64,000 bases of DNA from an uncultured virus (IMG/VR IMGVR_UViG_3300012347_000031) (lineage: Duplodnaviria > Heunggongvirae > Uroviricota > Caudoviricetes). The notes beneath the pieces are model-generated. The model searched no databases, was not told where the DNA came from, and worked only from the letters and a program-made list of their open reading frames with translations. This document shows positions 8,950 through 17,858 of this stretch, piece after piece (positions within the stretch are counted from its first letter, which is position 1; each line of letters opens with the position of its first letter). Made by a program: the position numbers and the translations under genes. The stretch lies in IMG/VR virus record IMGVR_UViG_3300012347_000031; one strand, 5' to 3'.

Positions 8950-10182
8950 TTATCTTTGCCATCCTTTGATGATTTCGGCAGAGAAGTTGTTCTTACTAAA
9001 CTCCATTCGGTCAACAACCTTGACTGCACCACCTTTCAAGTGGTCGATAGCAACGAAACCTTCAACACCAGTAGTCTTGAATCCGTTGGCAGTTTTAATG
9101 AATGTGGAGATGTGTCCAGCTTGGTTCATCTTGGCGATGATAGGGGCTTTGGCATCGGCGATAAGGTTGCTCAATTCAAAGACCTTAGCGATGTCATCCT
9201 GAGAGTGAGTAGTGAAGAACTGCATAATCTTCTTACGCTTCTCTTCACCAACAGCTTTACCCTTCTCAGTCTTCTTAGAGTCGATGTCCTTCTGGAATCG
9301 TTCGTAGATCCAGTGGAACAATTGCTTTACGTGCATCTTAGGGTTAGTAACCTTCTCACCGACACGAACCTTCGAATTGTTGAACGTCTTAACGAGCATC
9401 AACAAGTCAGCGTCTTGGTGAATAGAGTTGATAACCTCAGAAGGGATAGACTGGAACAGAGTACCGATTCTAGACAAGAGGCTAGTCACATGGGCAGTCT
9501 CTTCGGCAGTGAAGGTAGCCACACCAGAATAGTCTTTGTAGTTGGCGTCGTCCATCCACACAGAAGGAACTTGCTTCATGTGCTGAACGATTGAATGACC
9601 AAACGAGGCAGTCATCGTTTCGAAAGATTCTCCTGTATAAGTTGTGTGCCAAACGACACCAACCTTAGCAGAACGAACACGCTTACCTAACTCGCTGTCA
9701 TATGGAACAGCATACACGATAGTGTTTGGGTGGAACGTGGAATACTTTTCATCGTCAATGGTAACAGTCTTGACATCACCTTGCGTGAACATCAAGTCAC
9801 CTTGGTAAACTCCCTTGGTGATACCTAGCTTCTTGAACTCAGCAAGAGCCATCTTCAGTTTGTCGGCTAAGTCGCCTTGTGTATCAGCATCAATATCAGC
9901 AGCAGTCTTGTAGACCTTTGGTTCTTTATTGAACACACCCTTCTTTGCCACGAAGAACTTACCATCACGAGGATCGATACCAGCGAAGATAGCTGGAGCA
10001 CCGTCCCACTTAACAGTGGCAGTTACTTTGTTAGTTGAGTGACCAGCGAGCATGTCGCGCAAGTCACGTAGAAAGTTGATAGCCTTTCGTGTACCTTCTA
10101 CACCTTCGTTGAAGACCAAGTCTTCGATGTGCTCCATGTGCACGTTTTGTTCTTCTTTTAGGAACGCTTTCAGTCTTTTCAT
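8950..10182 (-). CDS. Conserved T4-like protein (DUF6267-like) with ligase/nucleotidyltransferase-type motifs
   Basis: HMEHIED, TVKWDGAP (KxDG), YQGDLMF, EGFV and VKVVDR. Adjacent to the cytidyltransferase. Confidence 0.7.
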   Translation of the reverse strand: MKRLKAFLKEEQNVHMEHIEDLVFNEGVEGTRKAINFLRDLRDMLAGHSTNKVTATVKWDGAPAIFAGIDPRDGKFFVAKKGVFNKEPKVYKTAADIDADTQGDLADKLKMALAEFKKLGITKGVYQGDLMFTQGDVKTVTIDDEKYSTFHPNTIVYAVPYDSELGKRVRSAKVGVVWHTTYTGESFETMTASFGHSIVQHMKQVPSVWMDDANYKDYSGVATFTAEETAHVTSLLSRIGTLFQSIPSEVINSIHQDADLLMLVKTFNNSKVRVGEKVTNPKMHVKQLFHWIYERFQKDIDSKKTEKGKAVGEEKRKKIMQFFTTHSQDDIAKVFELSNLIADAKAPIIAKMNQAGHISTFIKTANGFKTTGVEGFVAIDHLKGGAVKVVDRMEFSKNNFSAEIIKGWQR

Positions 10183-10188
10183 ACTTCT

Positions 10189-10217
10189 ATTATACCCTAT
10201 TTTGCAATCTTTGTCAA
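10189..10217 (-). promoter_or_regulatory. Consensus sigma70 promoter, probably giving a leaderless mRNA
   Basis: TTGACA-17 bp-TATAAT with only 6 nt (AGAAGT) before ATG 10182. Confidence 0.75.
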
Positions 10218-10245
10218 CACCATTAAGTCGTTATAAATCAACAAC

Positions 10246-11190
10246 TTACCAAGGGTCTCCAGAAAGTTTGACTGAAGAAGCCATCTTCTCGGACTCGAAC
10301 TTGAATCGGATCTTCATAATCTTCTTCTCGCCAGCCTTCACGCCGATGGATTCGTTACCCACTTTCTCAAGTGTAATCTCGTACATACCCAACGCTTCCA
10401 GCTTCTCGTTCTTAATCGGATCCATGACAACAGCTTTGTATGGCGGCTTGTTGCCTTGTCCAGTTACCTTCAAGTATGGAGGGTAAATAACCTCAGCGTC
10501 CATCCAGTCAGTTAGAAGATACTTCAGCAATGCTTGTTGGCTCATACCATTCATACGGACGATAAGTTCATCACGCATGGCTGCTAGAATCTGAACACCG
10601 ATGGCTTCAGTCTGAGGTTTGATAGTGGCGTCACCACGAATGAACTTCTTACGAGCATCAGCAGACGCAGGCAGTTTGAACTTGGCGATTGTTTGTTGGA
10701 GTTGGTTGGCATACTCATCAGCTAACTTGATACCAAGCGCACGATCAACTGTACCAATCCCTGGATTTTTAAATCCGATGTCACCCTTTGTTTGTGTAGC
10801 CTTAGCAGACAAACCTAAGAAACCTTCAGCTGGACCAGAAGTGAATTGAACCAGAATGTCAGTTGGGTTTTTCTTTTGATCAACTGGTTGACCAACAGCA
10901 GCTGCCATGGATCCAGGTCTTGCTGTCCACCAAACCTTCTTGATGGAACCTTTGAAGCCATTGGCATGTGCCCACTTGATAAACTCTGCAGCCATTGCTG
11001 CTGCTTTACCTTTGGCGTCTTCAACTTCCTCTGGCTTTGCTTGGGATACACGTTGTTCGAACTGAGCCTTAGCTGCAGCGTCAAACCACTTGTTGCCAGC
11101 GAGGATGTAGCCAGTCCAGATCTCGTTGATATCAGACAGCACCGTGTTGGCTGTCTTAGCTTCAGTGATGAATTCTCTTAGTCGTAACAT
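10246..11190 (-). CDS. Putative PD-(D/E)XK restriction-endonuclease-fold protein
   Basis: INEI...NPTDILVQF...FLGLSAK gives the E...D...SxK arrangement. N-terminus MLRLREFITEA resembles a capsid-targeting sequence. Confidence 0.5.
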   Translation of the reverse strand: MLRLREFITEAKTANTVLSDINEIWTGYILAGNKWFDAAAKAQFEQRVSQAKPEEVEDAKGKAAAMAAEFIKWAHANGFKGSIKKVWWTARPGSMAAAVGQPVDQKKNPTDILVQFTSGPAEGFLGLSAKATQTKGDIGFKNPGIGTVDRALGIKLADEYANQLQQTIAKFKLPASADARKKFIRGDATIKPQTEAIGVQILAAMRDELIVRMNGMSQQALLKYLLTDWMDAEVIYPPYLKVTGQGNKPPYKAVVMDPIKNEKLEALGMYEITLEKVGNESIGVKAGEKKIMKIRFKFESEKMASSVKLSGDPW

Positions 11191-12401
11191 TAAACTTGTA
11201 TTCCCATTCTGTCGGATGCTCTAGTATATCCGTTTTTAGTGCGTAAGTAAACTCTTCCATGTCCAGTGCCAGAGATATCATCAGAAGCGATGACACCCCA
11301 ATCACCAAGACCAGTTGCGTCAAGCTGGAACTTAACGTAAAGAACCTGCTCTTTAATAGCTGTTGCGAAGATAGGGTTCATCTTCAGAGAACCCTCTTTG
11401 GTTTCTTTCTGGATCATCTTCTCGCACTCATACATGATCTCATTCATTGTTGGTGTTTTCTTAGTGCGAAGGTATTCGTTCTGGTTAATGAAACCAGCGA
11501 AGCCAGAGATGTCATAGTTCTTGCCGTCCAAGTGCATCGTGGCAGCAGGTTTGATTAGTTTAGGGAACAACGTAGAGACTGCTCTGATTGGTCCAAGTAG
11601 AATAGAATTGTCGGCAAGAATCTGTAGTAGCTTGTACTCGTTGCTGTTCTTAACCTTACCTGCTTCTGGACTCTTTTCGATGAGCGCGATGATATCAGCT
11701 GGCTTAACAACGTTTGTAGTTGTACCAGACTTAGCAGAGATTGTGTATTTCTTTGTACCGTCAATGATGGCGTAGTCCATCAGAGGTTCGTTCGGTCTAG
11801 CAGGAACGTAGACCTTCATTGATCCAGAGAGTTTGATCTTCTTGCCACTCAACAACTGGAACGTTTGCGCAGCAACTGGTCCAAGAACTTCACCGAAGTC
11901 TTTGTTGATGTCGTTCAATGGTAGGTCGGCTTTGACCTTCTTGAAGATTGTAGTGACGTCTTGCTTCTTAGTCTTACCACCAGCATAGTAATCAAACAAC
12001 GCAGCCAAGTATGTCTTAACTTGGGGTGTTAAATCTTTTCGGTCTTCAATGGAAGAAGCAACCAGCTTCTTATAGTCACTCAATGAGTAGACTTTATCCA
12101 TAACACCAAACGCTTGTGGCTTCAGTGATGCTGCGCCAGATGCCTTAACTCCAGGCTTTGCGATGTTATCGAATGGAACGCGAGCAAGGATGTACTTTGA
12201 CCCAGATGCATATTGAATCAAGGCTTTCTGCTCATAGCTAGCAGTCTTCATGTAGGTGATCTTAGTGCCACCTGCGATCTCTCCAACCTTCTTAGTTGGT
12301 TCACCTGCGTCATATACGGCTGAGGTTTTCTTCATCGTTGTAGCGATGTCACCCTTACCTTGAAAATATTTCGACCAAGCGGTCGCGCCTGAAGAAGCCA
12401 C
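11190..12401 (-). CDS. Putative PD-(D/E)XK restriction-endonuclease-fold protein
   Basis: KDFGEVLG...NEPLMDYAI...YTISAKSG. GTG start with GGAG, and CTAAATA upstream at 12430-12436. Confidence 0.5.
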   Translation of the reverse strand: MASSGATAWSKYFQGKGDIATTMKKTSAVYDAGEPTKKVGEIAGGTKITYMKTASYEQKALIQYASGSKYILARVPFDNIAKPGVKASGAASLKPQAFGVMDKVYSLSDYKKLVASSIEDRKDLTPQVKTYLAALFDYYAGGKTKKQDVTTIFKKVKADLPLNDINKDFGEVLGPVAAQTFQLLSGKKIKLSGSMKVYVPARPNEPLMDYAIIDGTKKYTISAKSGTTTNVVKPADIIALIEKSPEAGKVKNSNEYKLLQILADNSILLGPIRAVSTLFPKLIKPAATMHLDGKNYDISGFAGFINQNEYLRTKKTPTMNEIMYECEKMIQKETKEGSLKMNPIFATAIKEQVLYVKFQLDATGLGDWGVIASDDISGTGHGRVYLRTKNGYTRASDRMGIQV

Positions 12402-12428
12402 AATTTACTCCATTAATAACTGTAATAC

Positions 12429-13124
12429 TTATTTAGTTATCTTCTGATACTTCTTGTCCCACTTCAGAATCTGCTGGACAATCTTAGGGATGGCTTGGTT
12501 GTTTTTGTAGTCGTAGTTGAACGTGCGTAGAAAGTAGTTCAATGTAGATGAGTCTTGCTTACGACATCTTGAGATTAAAGTCTCGACTGGGAGTGATGGC
12601 ACATTGGCTTTATAGTCTAGGTAGACGCAATGAGCATACGCTTGGATCTCATCGAACTCAGACAGGTATCTACGCTCGGCATCTCGTTTAACATGACCAA
12701 CTCGTTTGTATGGAACCACATAGTTACTGTACTCGTCGTCACGACGATCGTACTGCATGAAGTGGATCATCTCATGCATCAACGTTTGAATGAATCGGAA
12801 TTTGAAACGTGTCCACGCTGACTCGGTGAACTCGTGATAGTTAAAATTTAGGCAGTGAACAAACATCACACACTGGCGATTCTCTGGGTCATACTCACCA
12901 CCAACACCGATGTATTTTTTCCAGACCTTAGCTTTGGTCGGCTCTTTGACGAACTCTACCTTTGTTCGCCACTTCTTACAATAATTGGAGAGTCCAACTG
13001 AATCATTGCGATAACAGTCGAGATCTCTCCAAACTCTAGATGGAATTAGTTTAGCTCTGAATGGACGCTCATAAAAGTTGAGCATCTCCATCCAGTCGTA
13101 GTGCGCTGTTTCTAGGAATTTCAT
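12429..13124 (-). CDS. Zn-metallopeptidase-like protein (HEXXH)
   Basis: TLMHEMIHFMQ followed by EIQAYA, a likely third ligand. Confidence 0.6.
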   Translation of the reverse strand: MKFLETAHYDWMEMLNFYERPFRAKLIPSRVWRDLDCYRNDSVGLSNYCKKWRTKVEFVKEPTKAKVWKKYIGVGGEYDPENRQCVMFVHCLNFNYHEFTESAWTRFKFRFIQTLMHEMIHFMQYDRRDDEYSNYVVPYKRVGHVKRDAERRYLSEFDEIQAYAHCVYLDYKANVPSLPVETLISRCRKQDSSTLNYFLRTFNYDYKNNQAIPKIVQQILKWDKKYQKITK

Positions 13125-13148
13125 AGCGTCCTAGAAAGTCGATGCACA

Positions 13149-13754
13149 TCACTTAAACTGATTCTCTAAGAATGCAAGGACTTCCGATTGCTCCTCTAAG
13201 TTGGTGTTATTGAACTCAGTAATATAAGGCATCAAGTCGAAATTAGATAGTATGTTACTATATTTAGTCTCGCGCCCTCTTAGGAATTGTTCGGACTGGT
13301 CGGAGCCACGATCCTTGTAGCGCTGTTCCAATAGGTCTTTCGGAGCCTTCAGGTAGACCACAATCAACTCAGTGTTCGGTAAATCCATGGCGAACTCTAA
13401 GAAAGATTGATTGAAGATTCGGTCACCTTCAAAGAGGATGTTACAGTTGTGAGATGCGATCCACTCCTGCATTGGTGGCTGGACTGCCATCGAAAGACGG
13501 TCTGTGCCAGCGAAGGTTTCACCCTCTTGATAACGACCAAGAATGTATACGTCTCGTTCTTGATTGTACGTGGCTGATACGAGTTTGGCTGGCTCGCAAT
13601 TGATCCACTCTTTGTCTTCCATAAACTTACGGAACAGAGTAGTCTTGCCAGTCCCTGGAACTCCACCAACAGCAATTAACTTACGTGTCTTCATAGGATT
13701 CTTTATCACCTTTACATTAAATTCTTCGGCTGTACCGACATCATCTTTAAACAC
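13149..13754 (-). CDS. P-loop nucleotide kinase-like protein (DNA-modification associated)
   Basis: GGVPGTGKTT Walker A, GTDRLS, ILFEGDR and the R...RG lid. Start may be 13694. Confidence 0.8.
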   Translation of the reverse strand: MFKDDVGTAEEFNVKVIKNPMKTRKLIAVGGVPGTGKTTLFRKFMEDKEWINCEPAKLVSATYNQERDVYILGRYQEGETFAGTDRLSMAVQPPMQEWIASHNCNILFEGDRIFNQSFLEFAMDLPNTELIVVYLKAPKDLLEQRYKDRGSDQSEQFLRGRETKYSNILSNFDLMPYITEFNNTNLEEQSEVLAFLENQFK

Positions 13755-14160
13755 TTCTAACTTCCTTAATCAAATCAATCAACTCTTGTTTGGTAAAAAC
13801 ATATGCGCGTCCACGGAAATAGTTGACATCAGCGTCCTTGTCTTTCTTCATCGTGAATGAAACCTTCTTCACCACATCGCTGGAGATTTTGTTCGCGATC
13901 GCAGTCTTGATGGTCTCGCTGTAGTTTGGATCCTCGTCGCGTAGCTTCATCAATTCAAACTCAGCCAACTTGTACTCACACATCACTTGGTTCAAGTCAT
14001 ATGTATCAAGGATTTCCTCGATCCTATCCACTGGAACTACTTGGCTGATTGTTCCATTACTCATAATTGAACTCGTAACCATTGACGAGTTAATAGTCGG
14101 CAATGGCGCACTCAAAGTAAGGGTATCGTAATTAACATCATTATCATCTGGGTTCATCAA
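13747..14160 (-). CDS. Hypothetical protein within the modification operon
   Basis: 137 aa ORF overlapping both neighbours. Confidence 0.55.
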   Translation of the reverse strand: MMNPDDNDVNYDTLTLSAPLPTINSSMVTSSIMSNGTISQVVPVDRIEEILDTYDLNQVMCEYKLAEFELMKLRDEDPNYSETIKTAIANKISSDVVKKVSFTMKKDKDADVNYFRGRAYVFTKQELIDLIKEVRSV

Positions 14161-15173
14161 AACATCTCCAATCCAACCAATGCAGGTTGCTCATCATTAA
14201 ACATCCACTCTAGATTCTCTAGCTTACCTGAACGCAAGAAGCCAGTGAACTTCTCTTTATTGATACCACTCTTCGCGTCTAAGCGAAGATCAATGGTTTC
14301 GTTACGGGCATCCCACATAACTTGCCAGTCGATACCATTCCACTCGTCACCTTCACACTTGATAATCTCTTCGGCTTGACGATCGAGATAGTAACCAAGG
14401 TAACGACCATGACGCTCTCTAAAGATTTTCTTGAAAGAGCACAGACAGGTTTCCATCGTGAAGTAGTCAATCTGACTAGCCAAGTCTGGAAACCTAGTCT
14501 TCATCTCGCATATAATGCTTTTGCTATGTGATTCAAGATTCTGATACTCGCTTCCAGTGAGTTTTCGATCATAATCGTCGTCTTTGCCAAGGGCGAAAAG
14601 AAGTCCATTACGATGAGAACGGGAACCATCATAATCATCCAGCATGAGAGAAGTAGGCTCAACAAGAACACCAGCAGTATGCTTGAGATGCTGTAGATAA
14701 AACCAAGTGGAATAGCGACCAAATTTATGCAGGTTTCCTTTAAGTACTCCCCACAACGCATCAAAGTTTTGAGCCTCATTGTCTCCGTAGTACGATTCGA
14801 GTTTTTCACGTTGGCTTCCTTCACCAATAAATTTCTGATATGAAGCAAACATTGAAGGGAGATGTCCCTTGTTCCACTTCGTGTCTGTCTGATAACGCAG
14901 ACGTTTGTAGTTAGTAGTATTCCACTGAGTCATACGATCGACAGTTGCCAATTCATAGTCAGGAAATTCATTCATCAGAACCCAAGCTGTTGGTAGATAG
15001 TATGTGTTACCATACAACCAGCATAGCCATAGCTTCTGCTCATCGTTGTGTTCATAACGAGTGTTGAGATAATTGGTAGCCCACACTGCGGGATCGCAAT
15101 CATCATACTTCAACGACCAAGCATACCAACGAATGAATGCTTCACGTCGATTTTGTTTTTCGCGGTAGTCCAT
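14157..15173 (-). CDS. aGPT-PPlase / amino acid:DNA transferase-like protein (HhH glycosylase-related fold)
   Basis: FGRYSTWFYLQHL (HhH-like), METCLCSFKK (ExxLCxxK) and GRYLGYY, in context with a TET/JBP dioxygenase and a P-loop kinase. Confidence 0.7.
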   Translation of the reverse strand: MDYREKQNRREAFIRWYAWSLKYDDCDPAVWATNYLNTRYEHNDEQKLWLCWLYGNTYYLPTAWVLMNEFPDYELATVDRMTQWNTTNYKRLRYQTDTKWNKGHLPSMFASYQKFIGEGSQREKLESYYGDNEAQNFDALWGVLKGNLHKFGRYSTWFYLQHLKHTAGVLVEPTSLMLDDYDGSRSHRNGLLFALGKDDDYDRKLTGSEYQNLESHSKSIICEMKTRFPDLASQIDYFTMETCLCSFKKIFRERHGRYLGYYLDRQAEEIIKCEGDEWNGIDWQVMWDARNETIDLRLDAKSGINKEKFTGFLRSGKLENLEWMFNDEQPALVGLEMF

Positions 15174-15814
15174 TATTTCAAAAAGTCTTCAAGTGATGGT
15201 TGATCCATCAGTGCTTCACGTAACCATGCTTTGCCAACCACATCAATGGCAGCTTGCGTCTTCGCCTTCTTCTTATCACCCCAAGTGTAAGACTCTAAAC
15301 CTTCACGACGGAATTGTTCACGAGCCTTCTGTGGCGGTAATGCCTGAAGTGGACTCACGATGGCTTTGTCTCTGTAGGCAATTTGTTCGGCACGTGTAGG
15401 GAATAGTGGCTGGTCGCTACGGAGTGAACCTGTTGGATCAACTGCCCAGAAGACCAGACCATTGCGTACGTGCCAGCTGACAGATGTTGGGGTGCATGAG
15501 ATTTTAAGTCGTTGAGTCTTTCGTTCTTCGACTGCATATTTGATCCACGAGTCCCAGCATTTCGACGCATATCCTTTACCTTCCTTACCCTCAACAGTGA
15601 CGATTTCATAGAGGTTTGCATAACCATCTCGATTGAACGTAGCGAAGATTAGCGAAACGACTTCGCCATTATCCTCGAATGCCATGGGCAAGTTCTTCTC
15701 ATAGTTATGGAAACGAGTCCACAATGAGTGTGCAGCCGATAAGAACTTGGTGTTCTTACCAGCTGGACTATTTTTAATAATGTCTTCGACTTTAGTTGAG
15801 TTTACGAATATCAT
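15173..15814 (-). CDS. GNAT-fold acyltransferase
   Basis: LYEIVTVEGKEGKGYAS resembles the acetyl-CoA-binding motif A. Confidence 0.7.
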   Translation of the reverse strand: MIFVNSTKVEDIIKNSPAGKNTKFLSAAHSLWTRFHNYEKNLPMAFEDNGEVVSLIFATFNRDGYANLYEIVTVEGKEGKGYASKCWDSWIKYAVEERKTQRLKISCTPTSVSWHVRNGLVFWAVDPTGSLRSDQPLFPTRAEQIAYRDKAIVSPLQALPPQKAREQFRREGLESYTWGDKKKAKTQAAIDVVGKAWLREALMDQPSLEDFLK

Positions 15815-16479
15815 TGGTAATCAATCGCACCTTCGATGTGAACTTTCTGAACAGACATAACAACTGGTGTCTCGAATGTCAGATACGTGTTCATTGGAAT
15901 TGGCGTAGTTGCATAGTTAAGGTTGGCACGTTTTGCAACGTCAGCGGTAGAAGTAATTATACATCCACTATCCAAAGTTGTCAAGTATAATGGACGCTTA
16001 CCGTTGCGGTAAACGTGCATCTGTTTTGTAAGATCAATCTCGCAAACTGCCATGGACATATGACTGAACTCAGCCAATGGATCGTTGGAGTGATGAATCA
16101 ACTCACTGTCGTTCTTAGTCATGGTCTTGTAACCATACAACTCTTCCCACTTCTCTGGGAGTTCTTGCGTGATAACACCATTGTGAACGATGGCATGACT
16201 ATCATTACCAAGAGGCTGATTGTATTCCAAGTCGCTAGTCGAGTAACGGCAGTGACCAATCATGTAGAGGTTTCCATCTTCATTCAGATAGCTACCGAAG
16301 TCAAATGGAAACTGGTCAGCTGGGACTGGACGTTTGTCAATATGGACTGCACCATTCTTAACATACGCCACACCCGTAGCATGTAGACCACGAATCTTAG
16401 ACTCGAGGAATACACGCTTCAACATATCAAAGTGATTAGCAGTGGGTGATTTAATCACCGCACCAATAACAGCACACAT
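15811..16479 (-). CDS. Class II (Ntn) glutamine amidotransferase domain protein
   Basis: N-terminal MCAVIG (Cys2 nucleophile), RG, GHCRYSTS, NQP, VHNG and NDSE. Confidence 0.9.
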   Translation of the reverse strand: MCAVIGAVIKSPTANHFDMLKRVFLESKIRGLHATGVAYVKNGAVHIDKRPVPADQFPFDFGSYLNEDGNLYMIGHCRYSTSDLEYNQPLGNDSHAIVHNGVITQELPEKWEELYGYKTMTKNDSELIHHSNDPLAEFSHMSMAVCEIDLTKQMHVYRNGKRPLYLTTLDSGCIITSTADVAKRANLNYATTPIPMNTYLTFETPVVMSVQKVHIEGAIDYQ

Positions 16480-17849
16480 TAGAAGAATCCTTCTAGAGAG
16501 TTAGCACCCTCTGCTTCTGGATGATACTTCAAGAGTTCATCACGACCAAGTTTCTTTTCACAGAAGTCAAACCACTCTTGTGATTCCCACATACCAGCAG
16601 AAACACCATTCCACAAGTGACGATCCGAACCGTCTTCGTTCTTGTGTCCAGCATGTTCTTTATTCAGACGACGAGACTCAACGAAGTCGTAACGGCAGTC
16701 TTCATACTCTTTGGAACCCAACTCAAGCATCTTCTCGCGGAAATAGCAGACCAAAGAAATGCGCTCTGCATCTTCATCCAAGAATTTAATTTGGGTATTG
16801 CCGTGCATAACTTCATGATTGTTGATCAACAACAAGTCGCCTGGACGCACGTTGACTGCAACACGATACTCTGGAGCAACCAAGTAGCAACCTTCGTAGT
16901 TACCATTGTTTGACAACACCAACAAGTTGGACAAACCAGTTTGCAAGTCACCAGCGTCGAAGTGAGCAGCAGTGCGGAATGACTTGTTCACTGTGATGGT
17001 AGTGAATGGTGTCTCTGGAACCAAGAATGAAGGATCCAATTTCTTGGCAGCTTCCATCTGGTTGTTGTAACGCCATGGTAGCAAGTCTTTGAAACCCTTA
17101 GCCAAAGTCTGCAGGAATGGGAATGCCATGGCAAACTTCTCTGGGTTCTTCTCAGTGTAAGATGTTGCACGACCATATGGGATACGTGGATAACGATCGA
17201 ACCAACCAGCGATACCAGAGAACACACCATTGGCGTATGTAGTTTGGCAAATGTACTTTGTAGCTACACGCTTGGCTTCTGCACGTTGGTCTTCTGGGCT
17301 CAACTGCTTTGTTGAATCAACCCAAGCCTCGAAGTCGAAGTTGTCTTTCTTGACAGCTTGGATACCCCAGACGTTGTTCTTGTTTGATGGAGAACTTGGC
17401 TTACCTTTGTGAGCCTTGCGAATTTCTTCGATAGGATCTTCACCGAACAAGTTAGCCTTTGGGTTGGAGAAGTAGTCGATGATATCAACTTCATAGTCAG
17501 TAACCCATTCGCGGTTGCCGAGTTTCTCAGCACGTGGACCAGCAGCGATACCACGGTTCTGTGTCTCAACAGCAGCTTCACGTAGACCTGCGTAAGCAGC
17601 ATCCTGTTGCTCCTTGCTGAAATAGTTCTTGCGGAACTTGAACGCAATACGCAACTCATCCGTACCCTTAGTGCAGCTTGCGCAATCGCGATTAGTTTCG
17701 CAAGTTGCTTGAGTTGCTAAGTCACAGTTGGCTGGCATATAGACGTCAGCATCTTCTTCCACTAGAATGTCGTAGTGGCTCTCATCGAGGAACTGCCCCA
17801 ACAAGTGAGAACAGTCGTGTTTTTTATCAGCTACAATTACCTTTACCAT
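16479..17849 (-). CDS. TET/JBP-family 2OG-Fe(II) dioxygenase
   Basis: FTTITVN...TAAHFDAGD (HxD), MHGNT (distal His) and RISLVCYFRE (2OG-binding Arg). Confidence 0.85.
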   Translation of the reverse strand: MVKVIVADKKHDCSHLLGQFLDESHYDILVEEDADVYMPANCDLATQATCETNRDCASCTKGTDELRIAFKFRKNYFSKEQQDAAYAGLREAAVETQNRGIAAGPRAEKLGNREWVTDYEVDIIDYFSNPKANLFGEDPIEEIRKAHKGKPSSPSNKNNVWGIQAVKKDNFDFEAWVDSTKQLSPEDQRAEAKRVATKYICQTTYANGVFSGIAGWFDRYPRIPYGRATSYTEKNPEKFAMAFPFLQTLAKGFKDLLPWRYNNQMEAAKKLDPSFLVPETPFTTITVNKSFRTAAHFDAGDLQTGLSNLLVLSNNGNYEGCYLVAPEYRVAVNVRPGDLLLINNHEVMHGNTQIKFLDEDAERISLVCYFREKMLELGSKEYEDCRYDFVESRRLNKEHAGHKNEDGSDRHLWNGVSAGMWESQEWFDFCEKKLGRDELLKYHPEAEGANSLEGFF

Positions 17850-17858
17850 TTTTCTCTC

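Noticed and set aside
7504..9594. Long plus-strand ORFs (7504-8187, 8956-9594, also 23944-24594 and 35916-36518)
   Set aside because: They are antisense shadows of well-supported minus-strand genes, with no motifs or ribosome-binding sites.
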